Assembly (NCBI GenBank): GCA_903910765.1
Contig: CAIWBA010000291.1
Coordinates: 147,492 to 211,491 of the forward strand
DNA: 64,000 bases
Reading direction: 5' to 3'
DNA from: an uncultured Bacteroidota bacterium
Lineage (GTDB): Bacteria > Bacteroidota > Bacteroidia > Chitinophagales > Chitinophagaceae
The notes under the pieces are model-generated. The model saw only the letters and a list, made by a program, of their open reading frames with translations, was not told the origin of the DNA and ran no database searches. Of the stretch, positions 38,203-47,383 are shown piece by piece (within the stretch, counting starts at the first letter, position 1; the number at the start of each line of letters is the position of its first letter). A program made the translations under genes and the position numbers.

Positions 38203-38231
38203 AAAAAGGCTCCTCACAAGGGAGCCTTTTT
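38203..38231 (+). terminator. Intrinsic terminator after the capsid gene
   Basis: AAAAAGGCTCC...GGAGCCTTTTT. Confidence 0.85.
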
Positions 38232-38253
38232 CTTTTTTAAAGATGGGTCACTA

Positions 38254-38262
38254 ATAAATAAC
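38254..38262 (+). promoter_or_regulatory. Late-promoter motif ATAAATAAC
   Basis: After the capsid terminator. Confidence 0.7.
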
Positions 38263-38294
38263 ATTCTAAAGTACTTAAAAAATAATATAAACAA

Positions 38295-38660
38295 ATGAGC
38301 AATTCTGTTTTAAACTACTCACAATTTCTTTTAGAAAAGAAATCAATGAATCAACAAATGGCAATGTTACCTACAGGTAAAGGTTCAAAATCTACTAAAT
38401 CAGTAGCATCTAAAATGTCTGAACTTCCAAAAGGTAAAGGAAAAGGTATTAGCAAATCAGTAAAACCTGAAATGTCTACTCTTCCTAAAGGTAAAGGTAA
38501 AATGATTGGAAAATCAGTAGATACTAAAGTTTCTAAACTACCTACAACTAAAGGTTCGTCTCCTAAAAAATCAGTAGACTCTAAAATGTCTAAATTGGTA
38601 ATTAAAGGTAAAGCAATCAGCAAGAAAGTTGAACCTAGTATGGCTAAAATGCCTAAGTAA
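38295..38660 (+). CDS. Lys-rich repeat protein, putative DNA-condensing internal head protein
   Basis: MSNSVLNYSQFLLE followed by about six 19-aa SVxxKMSxLPKGKG repeats; ATAAATAAC at 38254. Confidence 0.7.
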   Translation: MSNSVLNYSQFLLEKKSMNQQMAMLPTGKGSKSTKSVASKMSELPKGKGKGISKSVKPEMSTLPKGKGKMIGKSVDTKVSKLPTTKGSSPKKSVDSKMSKLVIKGKAISKKVEPSMAKMPK

Positions 38661-38679
38661 TTAAAAAACCCATTCTGAA

Positions 38680-38985
38680 ATGTCAGATCAAAATAAAAAT
38701 AAGGTCGCGTCTTTTCAATCATTTGTTATTCAAGAAAATTCAATAAAGGATTTAGTTGGAAAAACTGATGATGAACAGTTGGACTTAGATGATGCACGTA
38801 GTATTGGAAAGAAGATTTCCAAAATGAAAGGCGAAGATCGTAAGAAATATGTTGGAATTGTTAATTTTATGGGAGCTTCTTGTAGAATTTACAATGAAAT
38901 TTGGGCTAACTATAAACCAGTTGATCCATCAACTAAAAAATCAAACCGTGGAAAAGAATTCCAAGGTGAAAAAGAGGTAGGATAA
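38680..38985 (+). CDS. Putative internal head protein
   Basis: KVASFQSFVIQEN near the N-terminus. Confidence 0.65.
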   Translation: MSDQNKNKVASFQSFVIQENSIKDLVGKTDDEQLDLDDARSIGKKISKMKGEDRKKYVGIVNFMGASCRIYNEIWANYKPVDPSTKKSNRGKEFQGEKEVG

Positions 38986-38988
38986 TAA

Positions 38989-39948
38989 TTGAGCGCACAA
39001 GGAGTAATAGCTGAATCATTAGCAAGTTTTAAAATAACTTGGGATAATCCTGGAAATGGTCAACAACCGAAATGGGATCAAAATCGTCAAGTAATTGAAT
39101 TACATGAAACTGATGTTTATCCTGACTTGATTTATACTTCTGCATTTGCAGCTCCAGTCTATATTAAATATAACTCAGCATCATTACTAAATGATCTGCT
39201 TGTAGCAATCAATAAAGTAATTGACACTAAATTAGCAGCTGCCTCTAATAAAAAGGAAAAGGTTAATGAGTTATACTTAAATGTTGGAACTGATAAGAAA
39301 GAAGATCCCCAGGTTAAGGCAGACGAGGAAAAACCTAAAGAGATTATTGATACTAATGTAGAGGTTAATAATGAACCTAGTGTGACTCCTAATGATCAGG
39401 AATCAGTTACTACAACTACTACGGCTGCACCACAAAAGGTAGAGTCTCCAGCATATACAGTTACAGTATATGGAGATAAGTTAAGATTTTTAGAAGGTCA
39501 AGAAGGTAGAGGAGCCTATTCATCAGGAATTAAATTTCTGTATAAAGTTTCAAATAACCTAACTAAACAGGCATCAGGCGAACAAATTGATAATAGATCA
39601 AAAATTTGGGCGGAAATAACTTCTCCTGGATTATTATCAAAAACAACCCGTTTTGAATTTGCAGATTTTGATGAACTTGAATTTAAGTTTGGAGGTAATT
39701 TACTTGCTCAGGTACTACCTTCAATTGAATTAAGTTTTACGCCAGATCCAAATTCAGTCTATTCAAAAGAGAAACCTGAACTTGATATAGCTGATGTTAT
39801 TAAGGCAACGAATATTACATTAGGAACTAAAACCACTTCTGAAATTAAGTCTTTACAGAAACAAATACAAAAAGAAATCGACTCACGTGAACCTGTTGAA
39901 AAACAAAAGCAACCTGGTAAACAAAGTGCTTCGGTTGATAATAAATAA
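38989..39948 (+). CDS. Hypothetical late/virion protein
   Basis: 319 aa, TTG start, Thr-rich linker; between capsid and tube genes. Confidence 0.65.
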   Translation: MSAQGVIAESLASFKITWDNPGNGQQPKWDQNRQVIELHETDVYPDLIYTSAFAAPVYIKYNSASLLNDLLVAINKVIDTKLAAASNKKEKVNELYLNVGTDKKEDPQVKADEEKPKEIIDTNVEVNNEPSVTPNDQESVTTTTTAAPQKVESPAYTVTVYGDKLRFLEGQEGRGAYSSGIKFLYKVSNNLTKQASGEQIDNRSKIWAEITSPGLLSKTTRFEFADFDELEFKFGGNLLAQVLPSIELSFTPDPNSVYSKEKPELDIADVIKATNITLGTKTTSEIKSLQKQIQKEIDSREPVEKQKQPGKQSASVDNK

Positions 39949-39949
39949 C
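39941..39949 (+). promoter_or_regulatory. Late-promoter motif ATAAATAAC
   Basis: Before the tail tube gene. Confidence 0.65.
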
Positions 39950-39967
39950 TAAAAAATACTTGATAAA

Positions 39968-40555
39968 ATGGCAGGTCTACCACATTTTAAAAATTCGACA
40001 GCAGGTCCAGCTAAGTATGAACCGCTATACCTTAATCAGTTTGAGGTAATTATTACTCCGCCACCAGCAGTTGCTGGTAAAATTGGCTTTGGTAATAATT
40101 TAATGCTTGAGCATGTACTTAATGTAAAAAACTTACCTGAATATTCAGGTTCAGGTTCAGCAGTAGTTTTACAAAACTATAAATTCTCACAAAGAGCTTA
40201 TGCACCAGCTAAACCTGCTCAAACATATCATCAATTTACTATTGACTTTGAGGTTAACTTAAATAACAATAATGATATGTATATCTACAATGCACTAAGA
40301 GCATGGTCAGATTTAATATATGATCCATTAACTGGACGTCAAGGTTTAAAAGCTACATATGCAGAAGCAACTATTCAAGTAACTCAGTTTAACCGAACTG
40401 GTGTAATTTATAGAGATTTTGTATTTGGTCCAGTGTTTATTGGCCCACAAAAAATGACTGAAACGGCTCTTGACTATACTCAAGATAACCAGATCTATAA
40501 ATTAACTGCACAGTTTACAGCAGATATGTATACTGAATCAAGAGTTGGTCAATAA
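39968..40555 (+). CDS. gp19: Tail tube protein (T4 gp19-like)
   Basis: YEPLYLNQFEV, FTIDFEVNL, LRAWSDLIYDPLTG, QFNRTG, LTAQFTAD. Confidence 0.8.
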   Translation: MAGLPHFKNSTAGPAKYEPLYLNQFEVIITPPPAVAGKIGFGNNLMLEHVLNVKNLPEYSGSGSAVVLQNYKFSQRAYAPAKPAQTYHQFTIDFEVNLNNNNDMYIYNALRAWSDLIYDPLTGRQGLKATYAEATIQVTQFNRTGVIYRDFVFGPVFIGPQKMTETALDYTQDNQIYKLTAQFTADMYTESRVGQ

Positions 40556-40572
40556 AATAACAGTTAATATCA

Positions 40573-41223
40573 ATGGACATGTTTAATGTAAAACGCAGAG
40601 ATAATCCTTCAATGGATAAACATATGGACCTAAAGAAACCTGGTTTCGGCGGTCCAAATTCAAAGGAAGACTTTGATAAATCAAAAAGAAAGTCTCTTGA
40701 AGGCTATCAACGAGTAATTGACAGAAATGCTGATTTTGAAGGTGGTAATTTTAATCACAATTATGATCCAACATGGAAAGTAGTAACTCGTGACTTAATT
40801 TCAAGAACTTCAAAGAAAAAACCATTTAATCCAATGTACGCAAAACAAACAATTGCAACAGTTAATGCTGTTGAAGAAGGTACTATCAAACGCTTTGAAC
40901 AATTCGTTAATGAAAACGAAGGCTTTAATATGTTTGCTGAAGCCGAAGAAGAAACTCCAGAAATGGAAGAAACTACTGAAATGGAAGAGACTCCAGAGGT
41001 AGATGAAGAACAAGTAGAAATGCTAATGGCTGACTTCGGAGATAATCTTGAAGAAATGATTGATGAAATTGCTGAAAAAATGGAACTTGAAAAAGAAGCC
41101 GTTTGCGATATTTTATGTGCAGCTATCAAGAAAATGTGCGCTCCTGCTGAAGAAGAGGAAGAAGAAAACGAAGAATCTGAAGAGTCAGAAGAAAACGAAG
41201 AAGAAGAAGAAAACGAAGCATAA
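40573..41223 (+). CDS. Putative internal head protein with Glu-rich C-terminus
   Basis: Internal TIKRFEQFVNENE followed by a very acidic tail. Confidence 0.7.
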   Translation: MDMFNVKRRDNPSMDKHMDLKKPGFGGPNSKEDFDKSKRKSLEGYQRVIDRNADFEGGNFNHNYDPTWKVVTRDLISRTSKKKPFNPMYAKQTIATVNAVEEGTIKRFEQFVNENEGFNMFAEAEEETPEMEETTEMEETPEVDEEQVEMLMADFGDNLEEMIDEIAEKMELEKEAVCDILCAAIKKMCAPAEEEEEENEESEESEENEEEEENEA

Positions 41224-41226
41224 TTA

Positions 41227-41577
41227 ATGAAAGTAGTTAAATTATTTGAACAATGGTTAGCTGAAGAAGAGGAAATTGACTCTCCAAAAAAGGAAGAGTC
41301 TCCAAAACCTGCTAATTCACATACGATTAATGTATCTGGAACAGATGCTGGCGATTTTGAAATTATAGCAACTGCTGATTCAAAAGATACAACTGACTCA
41401 GTTAATGCATTTAGTGCAATTAGTTCAACTAACTCTAGTATTAAATCTGGTGCAGCAGTTATGGTTTCCCCAAAAGCTGAAAAATCTGGAGATTTTGATA
41501 TTGTTATAATAAACAATAGAGAAAAACCTGAAGAATCATTAATTTATTCAGGTCAAGTCATAACGGCTAAATCGTAA
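41227..41577 (+). CDS. Putative internal head protein
   Basis: MKVVKLFEQWLAEE. Confidence 0.7.
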   Translation: MKVVKLFEQWLAEEEEIDSPKKEESPKPANSHTINVSGTDAGDFEIIATADSKDTTDSVNAFSAISSTNSSIKSGAAVMVSPKAEKSGDFDIVIINNREKPEESLIYSGQVITAKS

Positions 41578-41596
41578 ATGCTAAGTATATAAAATT

Positions 41597-41624
41597 AAAA
41601 AAGGGACTCTATTGTCCCTTTTTT
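41597..41624. terminator. Bidirectional terminator
   Basis: AAAAAAGGGAC-TCTATT-GTCCCTTTTTT at a strand switch. Confidence 0.8.
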
Positions 41625-42010
41625 AATATGTCTACTCCAGCTAATTCCCCAATCTCTAACTCAGAATCAATTAGATGAGGAACAAATGTAATTGTTGAAT
41701 ATGCAGTATTTAGAAATTTAACTGCATTATTAATATTACTTGCACTAAGTCCAGCATTAACATAAATTATTCGATTATATTTTCGATTTCTTACATTAAT
41801 TGCTTTATCAATTAACTTCTTAATTTCATAATTAATTAGAAAGGACTGAATTTTATTTGGTACAAGGATTTCTTGGTCAAATTTTTCTTTAATGATCTTA
41901 TTTACATTTAGTAAATAGTCACATTTTTGTTTTTTGATAAAAAGTTGAATGAATTGTTTTTGATCTTTTACGAAAATTATTTCGAGAGTACGATCTACTG
42001 AATCTATCAT
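41609..42010 (-). CDS. Hypothetical protein
   Basis: 133 aa; ATGA overlap with dCMP deaminase. Confidence 0.65.
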   Translation of the reverse strand: MIDSVDRTLEIIFVKDQKQFIQLFIKKQKCDYLLNVNKIIKEKFDQEILVPNKIQSFLINYEIKKLIDKAINVRNRKYNRIIYVNAGLSASNINNAVKFLNTAYSTITFVPHLIDSELEIGELAGVDILKKGQ

Positions 42011-42462
42011 AATGAATCACGGTCGATTTTTTTAACCTCAACACCAGCACGACGTAAAAAATCTAAGCCCTTTATATCTCGGTATTCATCAAGATATACA
42101 ACTCGTTTAATACCTGCCTGTAGAATTAATTTGCTACAATCTGTGCATGGAGAATAGGTGATGTATAGTGTTGCGCCATCGCTACTTTGAGTAGACTTAG
42201 CGACTTTTGCTAATGCATTGGATTCGGCATGTAGAACATACCATTTAGTTTTATATTCTTTAAATGAACCATCTTCATTATTAACAGCTTCTTCGCATTC
42301 ATTTTCAAAACCAGAAGGAGTTCCATTAAATCCATCAGATATAATTGTATTATTTTTTACAATTAAGGCTCCAACTTTTTTTCGGGTTGCATGAGATAAC
42401 TCTGCCCAAACTTGAGACATTTTAATATAAGCTATATCTATTTTATGTTGTTTTTGAGACAT
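42007..42462 (-). CDS. cd: dCMP deaminase
   Basis: KVGALIVK, GFNGTPSG, HAESNAL, SPCTDC. Confidence 0.92.
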   Translation of the reverse strand: MSQKQHKIDIAYIKMSQVWAELSHATRKKVGALIVKNNTIISDGFNGTPSGFENECEEAVNNEDGSFKEYKTKWYVLHAESNALAKVAKSTQSSDGATLYITYSPCTDCSKLILQAGIKRVVYLDEYRDIKGLDFLRRAGVEVKKIDRDSL

Positions 42463-43349
42463 TATAGTTTAGGTTGATAAGTTTTATCATATATCCATTT
42501 AATTAAGTCTTCGCCATCTTGAAATAAGATAATATCATTAGAAGCTGATGTAACTAAATTAAATAAGGTTTTAAAATCATCAGTCTGACTTCCATCTATT
42601 TCAATTAGATCTGAAACAATTGGAGGTAATGTAACCGGTTTAAATTCTTCAGCAATAAGTCGGGTTGCAATATCATAGTGTCTATCATATACATGATATG
42701 AGTTTGCAACATGAGTATAGGTTCCTAATTCAAGATCTGGATAAAAATGTTTTAGGTGAGATAATATTTGCATTTGTAATGAACAGAAAAAGGCAACGTC
42801 AGTTGAGGTTCCCCATATTGCATCATTACTTCTCATAAATACACTCATATACAGTTTATTTTGTCTAATATGTAAATTTGCATACATAGTACAAACAAAA
42901 TCTTTATTTGAAGAATATTGGTGTTTTGGTTTATTAAAATGTAATACTGCCTGTCTGGTATTTTGATCAGTTGCTAGACTCTGAATAGCCCATTGATATT
43001 GACTAATTGCATGCTCATTCTTTTCAGTAAAGATTAAGTTTCCATATGCTGAATTGGCAGTTCCATCAATATTCTGAATCTCTTCCCAGAATTTAGCCCA
43101 TTTTGAAATGAATGCTACATCATTTCGGCCTGCATAATACCATAAAAATTCAGCAGCAATATATTTTTGCTGAGAACTTCTAACTGGATTTTCATAAAGG
43201 CATTGAGTCGGATCTTCAATAACTAGCGCAACATCTAATAATTCTTTACTAGTGGTACCTCTAGCATTATTAATGATTCCATCAGTTAATAAAAACTTAA
43301 TTGAATCTTTATATGCATCAGCAAATGTTAAACCTTTAAATACAATCAT
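42462..43349 (-). CDS. Thymidylate-synthase-fold enzyme, dCMP hydroxymethylase (T4 gp42)-like
   Basis: AEFLWY, NSAYG, TRQA, DFVCT, MRSNDAIWGTSTD, SYHVYDRH; Asp at the pyrimidine-specificity position. Confidence 0.75.
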   Translation of the reverse strand: MIVFKGLTFADAYKDSIKFLLTDGIINNARGTTSKELLDVALVIEDPTQCLYENPVRSSQQKYIAAEFLWYYAGRNDVAFISKWAKFWEEIQNIDGTANSAYGNLIFTEKNEHAISQYQWAIQSLATDQNTRQAVLHFNKPKHQYSSNKDFVCTMYANLHIRQNKLYMSVFMRSNDAIWGTSTDVAFFCSLQMQILSHLKHFYPDLELGTYTHVANSYHVYDRHYDIATRLIAEEFKPVTLPPIVSDLIEIDGSQTDDFKTLFNLVTSASNDIILFQDGEDLIKWIYDKTYQPKL

Positions 43350-43433
43350 ATACTTGTTAATTTTAAATATCCGAATAATCGATAGATCTTATTAATATAC
43401 TATGAAAATGAAAAAGGGTTAGCTTAATAAACC

Positions 43434-45095
43434 TTAAATGATAGTTAAGTCTGAGAAATGGTCAGTATTTTCAACCTGGATCTTTGTGTCAAAATATTCT
43501 TCAGGAAGAGGATCATGCGAAATTACAAATACTGTCATATTGTACTTCTTTGAAAATGTTTTAAGAAGATCAACTACTCTAAATATTGAGTCAACATCTA
43601 ATGAAGAAAATACTTCATCTAGGAATAGAAGATTTACTTTATTATGCTTTAATTTAATTAATTCAAGAATACACAAAAGAACAATTAAATTCATTTTCTT
43701 TTGTTCTCCAGAAGATAGAGAGTCTGGTGAAACTTGCATTCCTAAATGGGTAATAATTGGATTAAATTCAAGATCAAACTCAAATGCAAATTTGAATTCA
43801 AGAACTTTAGCGGTCTTTAAGATCTTTTTATTTAATAATGGAATAATTTGACTCATTAACATACGCTTCATTCCATTGTCGGATAAGATCATTTCCATTT
43901 CTTGAGAAATCTTTAGTTTATCAGATTGGCTGGCTAGACTTATACCTGCTGTGTTTATTTCAGTTTCAATATTTTTAATTACTTCAACTAAATGTTTGTC
44001 TGAGGTTTGTTTACCTTGTTGAGATAATTGTTGAATTTCTCTTTTTGCAGCAGATAGTTGAGCATCAATTTTATAAAACTTGTCTTTTGCGATATTTTGA
44101 TTAGAGTCAATTGTAGATAATGAAGATTCAAATCCTTTAATTGTTTGAGAAACCGTTGGAATAGAGGACTCTTGAGTCTCTTTTAATTTAAGCAGTTTCT
44201 CTTTTATTTGACCATGAATCTCATCAGTTAAGTCAGATAAACAATGTGGACACTTATTTTTGTTGTAAAGATCAAGTTTCTTTTGTATTTCAGAAACATT
44301 TGCCCTAATGGTAGTAAGATCATCACGAGAAGTTCGAACCTTTATTTGTAGATCAGAGATCTTAGCCGTAAAACTACTTGCCTCAACTCTAGCAGACTCT
44401 TTAGATTCAACTAGTTTTGCTAATTCTCCAGTAAGTTCTTCAATTCTGGCTGTATTGGTTGCCTGTATTTCATTTTTTAAATTTTCAAGTTGATTAACTG
44501 ACGATTCTAATAATCTTTGGTTACTTGCAATTGAAGATTCAAGTGGAGTAATTTCTCCTCTTACTTTTTTAGTATCTTCTTTTGCAATTTTAGACATATC
44601 ATTAACTATATCTAATCCAAAAATTTTATCAATGATTTGGCGTTTATCTGCTGGACTAAGTTTAACAAAACTTTTAAAATCATTTACTGATAGGCTAATT
44701 GTATTTGAAAATACGTTAAATGGTAACTTAGTTAATTCATCTTCGATAAAATCATCAACTCGTCTCTTATCTGGTAAATTATATTCAGCTCCATCAATTG
44801 AAAGCTTTGAAAAGTTAGGTTCAAGTCCGCGCTCTATATCAATTAGTCGGCCATTACCTGTTGTAAATTTAATTTGAGTATAGGCATTCTTATTAATGCG
44901 GTTTGGAATCTCCTTGGTTTTACGGATTGCTGACTTTCCATAAATTGCAACAGTTAATGCATCAGATATTGATGATTTTCCACTACCATTTTTTCCTTGA
45001 ACTAATATTAGCCTAGGTTCATCAGTAAATTTAAAAGTTTGTAGTTTATTGCCGTATGAGCAAATATTTCTAAAGGAAAATTCGTGTATCTTCAT
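43434..45095 (-). CDS. gp46: Rad50/SbcC-like ATPase (T4 gp46)
   Basis: GKNGSGKS, CPHC hook, LSSGEQKK, LFLDEVF, ISH. Confidence 0.93.
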   Translation of the reverse strand: MKIHEFSFRNICSYGNKLQTFKFTDEPRLILVQGKNGSGKSSISDALTVAIYGKSAIRKTKEIPNRINKNAYTQIKFTTGNGRLIDIERGLEPNFSKLSIDGAEYNLPDKRRVDDFIEDELTKLPFNVFSNTISLSVNDFKSFVKLSPADKRQIIDKIFGLDIVNDMSKIAKEDTKKVRGEITPLESSIASNQRLLESSVNQLENLKNEIQATNTARIEELTGELAKLVESKESARVEASSFTAKISDLQIKVRTSRDDLTTIRANVSEIQKKLDLYNKNKCPHCLSDLTDEIHGQIKEKLLKLKETQESSIPTVSQTIKGFESSLSTIDSNQNIAKDKFYKIDAQLSAAKREIQQLSQQGKQTSDKHLVEVIKNIETEINTAGISLASQSDKLKISQEMEMILSDNGMKRMLMSQIIPLLNKKILKTAKVLEFKFAFEFDLEFNPIITHLGMQVSPDSLSSGEQKKMNLIVLLCILELIKLKHNKVNLLFLDEVFSSLDVDSIFRVVDLLKTFSKKYNMTVFVISHDPLPEEYFDTKIQVENTDHFSDLTII

Positions 45096-45589
45096 TAATT
45101 TAAAAAATAGGTAAGTTCTTCGTCTGGATCAATATCTTGTACTGTGTAAAATTTATATAGTTTCTTCTCAACATCGTAATCCCAATTAATATTAGGAGTT
45201 GCAGATCTTCGGTAAATTGAACCAAACCCTAATAGGATTGCATGAGAGTTAATATGTAAAAATTTAGTTGGATTTACTACGTCATATACAATTGCTTTAA
45301 ATTGGTCAGTTGTAATAAGTCCTCTATCTAATCTTTCCTGTAAATCAAGTTCAGCAAGTTTTTCTCCAATTTCACGTTCTTTACGAATACCGTCTGGATT
45401 AACAAATAATCTACCATCTAATACTTGATCGTGGTTTTTAAGTAGAAGTTGAGTTTTTTGGCTTATTGGAATCCATGCACAAAATTCAATAGTAGAATTT
45501 CTATGGATTTGAGAACTACTAAATACTCCATATTCTTTAGCATTAATAGGTTTCACATATAAACTAGATAGGATACTTGGATTACTCAT
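45095..45589 (-). CDS. Degenerate SET-domain protein
   Basis: YGVFSSSQIHRNSTIE; GFGSIYRRSATPN in place of NHS..PN; DIDPDEELTY. Confidence 0.7.
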   Translation of the reverse strand: MSNPSILSSLYVKPINAKEYGVFSSSQIHRNSTIEFCAWIPISQKTQLLLKNHDQVLDGRLFVNPDGIRKEREIGEKLAELDLQERLDRGLITTDQFKAIVYDVVNPTKFLHINSHAILLGFGSIYRRSATPNINWDYDVEKKLYKFYTVQDIDPDEELTYFLN

Positions 45590-46697
45590 CAGTTGCTTGT
45601 TGTTTTACTAAATTATGAATTTCAATAAATTTTTGGGCTAATTCAGTTTTAAAGGTTTGAGAATATGACTTTGTTCTTAAAAAGCTTTTAAATATATCAA
45701 TTACATTAAACTGATCTTCTGGATCAAAATCTACTGCAGTAGAAGACTCATCTGTTACTTGATCAACATATGTAAAAAATTCAACCTTTCGATGAGTTGA
45801 CTTTGAAATAAGTTCTAAAAATCTGGTAACTGAGAACTTATTAACAAAATTTACACTAATCATAATATCAACAAATGAATTATTTAATTTTTCAATTACT
45901 TCATCTGCTGGCATTTCTAATAGCTCAAATATGTCAAACTTCTTATATACTGGAGAATGTGTATTTTCTATAAATGTTTCAGTTAAGACTGGAGTTGTAA
46001 CATCTAATTGATAAAAGCCTTTGGTATTACCTCTATCTCCTCTATCCATTTGATATGGAGTACCAGTATAGAGAACATTTTTAAATTCTTGACGATGGTG
46101 AATATGTCCTGCATAAACTCGTTTATATGAGGTTAACATATCAACTTCAATACCATGTTCAACTTTAGTCCATTTATTAAATCTTAATCCTTTAATATCT
46201 GCATGACATACAATATATTCACATAAGTCTTTATGGTCAGTTATTATCTGATTAAGTCGATTTGTATCTTCAACCCATGGTAACATTAGAAAATTATGCG
46301 ATCCGTTTATTGTAATAATTTCAGGATTTTCAAATACATGAATATTATCAGCAATATGTGAAATTGACTTTAATGAATGGACTACATTTCTGTCTTTATA
46401 GTAAACATCATGGTTTCCTATAATAATATAGATTCCACGTTTAAATTTTTGAGAAAGTTGCTTAAAGATCGTTAATGCTTCATCATGTACTCTAACATTA
46501 ATAGATTCCCTAGAATGAAATACATCTCCTTCTAAAAATAGAATATCTCTATCTTCATCAAAGTCTTCATCAACTTTATTAATTAAAAAGTCTAATAGAA
46601 AATCCTTTTGTATTTGGATCCACTCTATTGAATTATTTTTAATACCTAAATGTAAGTCTCCAACTAATGTTATTTTTCTAATATTGGTAAGCTTCAT
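45582..46697 (-). CDS. gp47: Mre11/SbcD-like nuclease (T4 gp47)
   Basis: GDLH, GDVFH, GNHD, GHIH, YTGTPYQ. Confidence 0.93.
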   Translation of the reverse strand: MKLTNIRKITLVGDLHLGIKNNSIEWIQIQKDFLLDFLINKVDEDFDEDRDILFLEGDVFHSRESINVRVHDEALTIFKQLSQKFKRGIYIIIGNHDVYYKDRNVVHSLKSISHIADNIHVFENPEIITINGSHNFLMLPWVEDTNRLNQIITDHKDLCEYIVCHADIKGLRFNKWTKVEHGIEVDMLTSYKRVYAGHIHHRQEFKNVLYTGTPYQMDRGDRGNTKGFYQLDVTTPVLTETFIENTHSPVYKKFDIFELLEMPADEVIEKLNNSFVDIMISVNFVNKFSVTRFLELISKSTHRKVEFFTYVDQVTDESSTAVDFDPEDQFNVIDIFKSFLRTKSYSQTFKTELAQKFIEIHNLVKQQATDE

Positions 46698-46698
46698 A

Positions 46699-47367
46699 TT
46701 AAAATATTTTATAGTTCTTACCCATTCCGTCTAGAAATCCATATTTGCTATTTAACTCAATTAATAAGAGCTCCTTATTTTCATAAGTTAGCATATCAAA
46801 TATTTTTTTATATTCCATATTAAGAGTTGATGAAATTGATTCTAATACCTGGATTGGTGTAATAAAAACAGTTGTATTTGATCCAACTGTTAATCCCTTT
46901 AAAATTATACTAAATATTTGATTTATTTGTGGTTTAGTAAATTTTTGTTTCTCAGGCTCATCACCTAGAATCACTTGTAGTTCATCACAACTTTGTATAA
47001 AGTTATATATGTCTCTTTGAACAATAGTATAGTCTACATGATCTGCATATCGATCTGGGTCAGACATTGCAAATTCAGCAGATCCACTCTCTAATTTAAT
47101 AGCAGAAGAAGCTTTTGAAGAATTATCATCTTCATCATTAGTTTCATATCCTAAATTATAAGTATTTCCAAAAATTTTATCATTTCTTTTTAGATCAGAA
47201 TAAGCAACTCGACGTCTTTCAAGTTCTTCATCATCGTATTCTCCTTCAGCTAGAGGCTCATCATCAAAATGAGAGTCATCTTCATGAAATTCAAGGGTAT
47301 CATCTTGTTCTATTGTTAAGTCAGTATCTAGATCTGAGAAATCGTCTGGGTGTTTTCTTGGTGCCAT
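46699..47367 (-). CDS. Hypothetical protein with acidic N-terminus
   Basis: 222 aa between gp41 and gp47; C-terminal helical domain, possibly gp33-like (weak). Confidence 0.65.
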   Translation of the reverse strand: MAPRKHPDDFSDLDTDLTIEQDDTLEFHEDDSHFDDEPLAEGEYDDEELERRRVAYSDLKRNDKIFGNTYNLGYETNDEDDNSSKASSAIKLESGSAEFAMSDPDRYADHVDYTIVQRDIYNFIQSCDELQVILGDEPEKQKFTKPQINQIFSIILKGLTVGSNTTVFITPIQVLESISSTLNMEYKKIFDMLTYENKELLLIELNSKYGFLDGMGKNYKIF

Positions 47368-47383
47368 TTGTTTTTGTGTATTT

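Noticed and set aside
38351-38722. 123-aa antisense ORF with repeats
   Set aside because: Shadow of the Lys-rich repeat gene.
40761-41516. 251-aa antisense ORF
   Set aside because: Ser/Phe-rich mirror of GAA-rich codons in two real plus-strand genes.
43438-44877. Several plus-strand ORFs inside gp46
   Set aside because: Antisense shadows with no motifs; the same reasoning applies to the other short nested ORFs in the track (for example 104, 2697, 9319, 28697, 59501).
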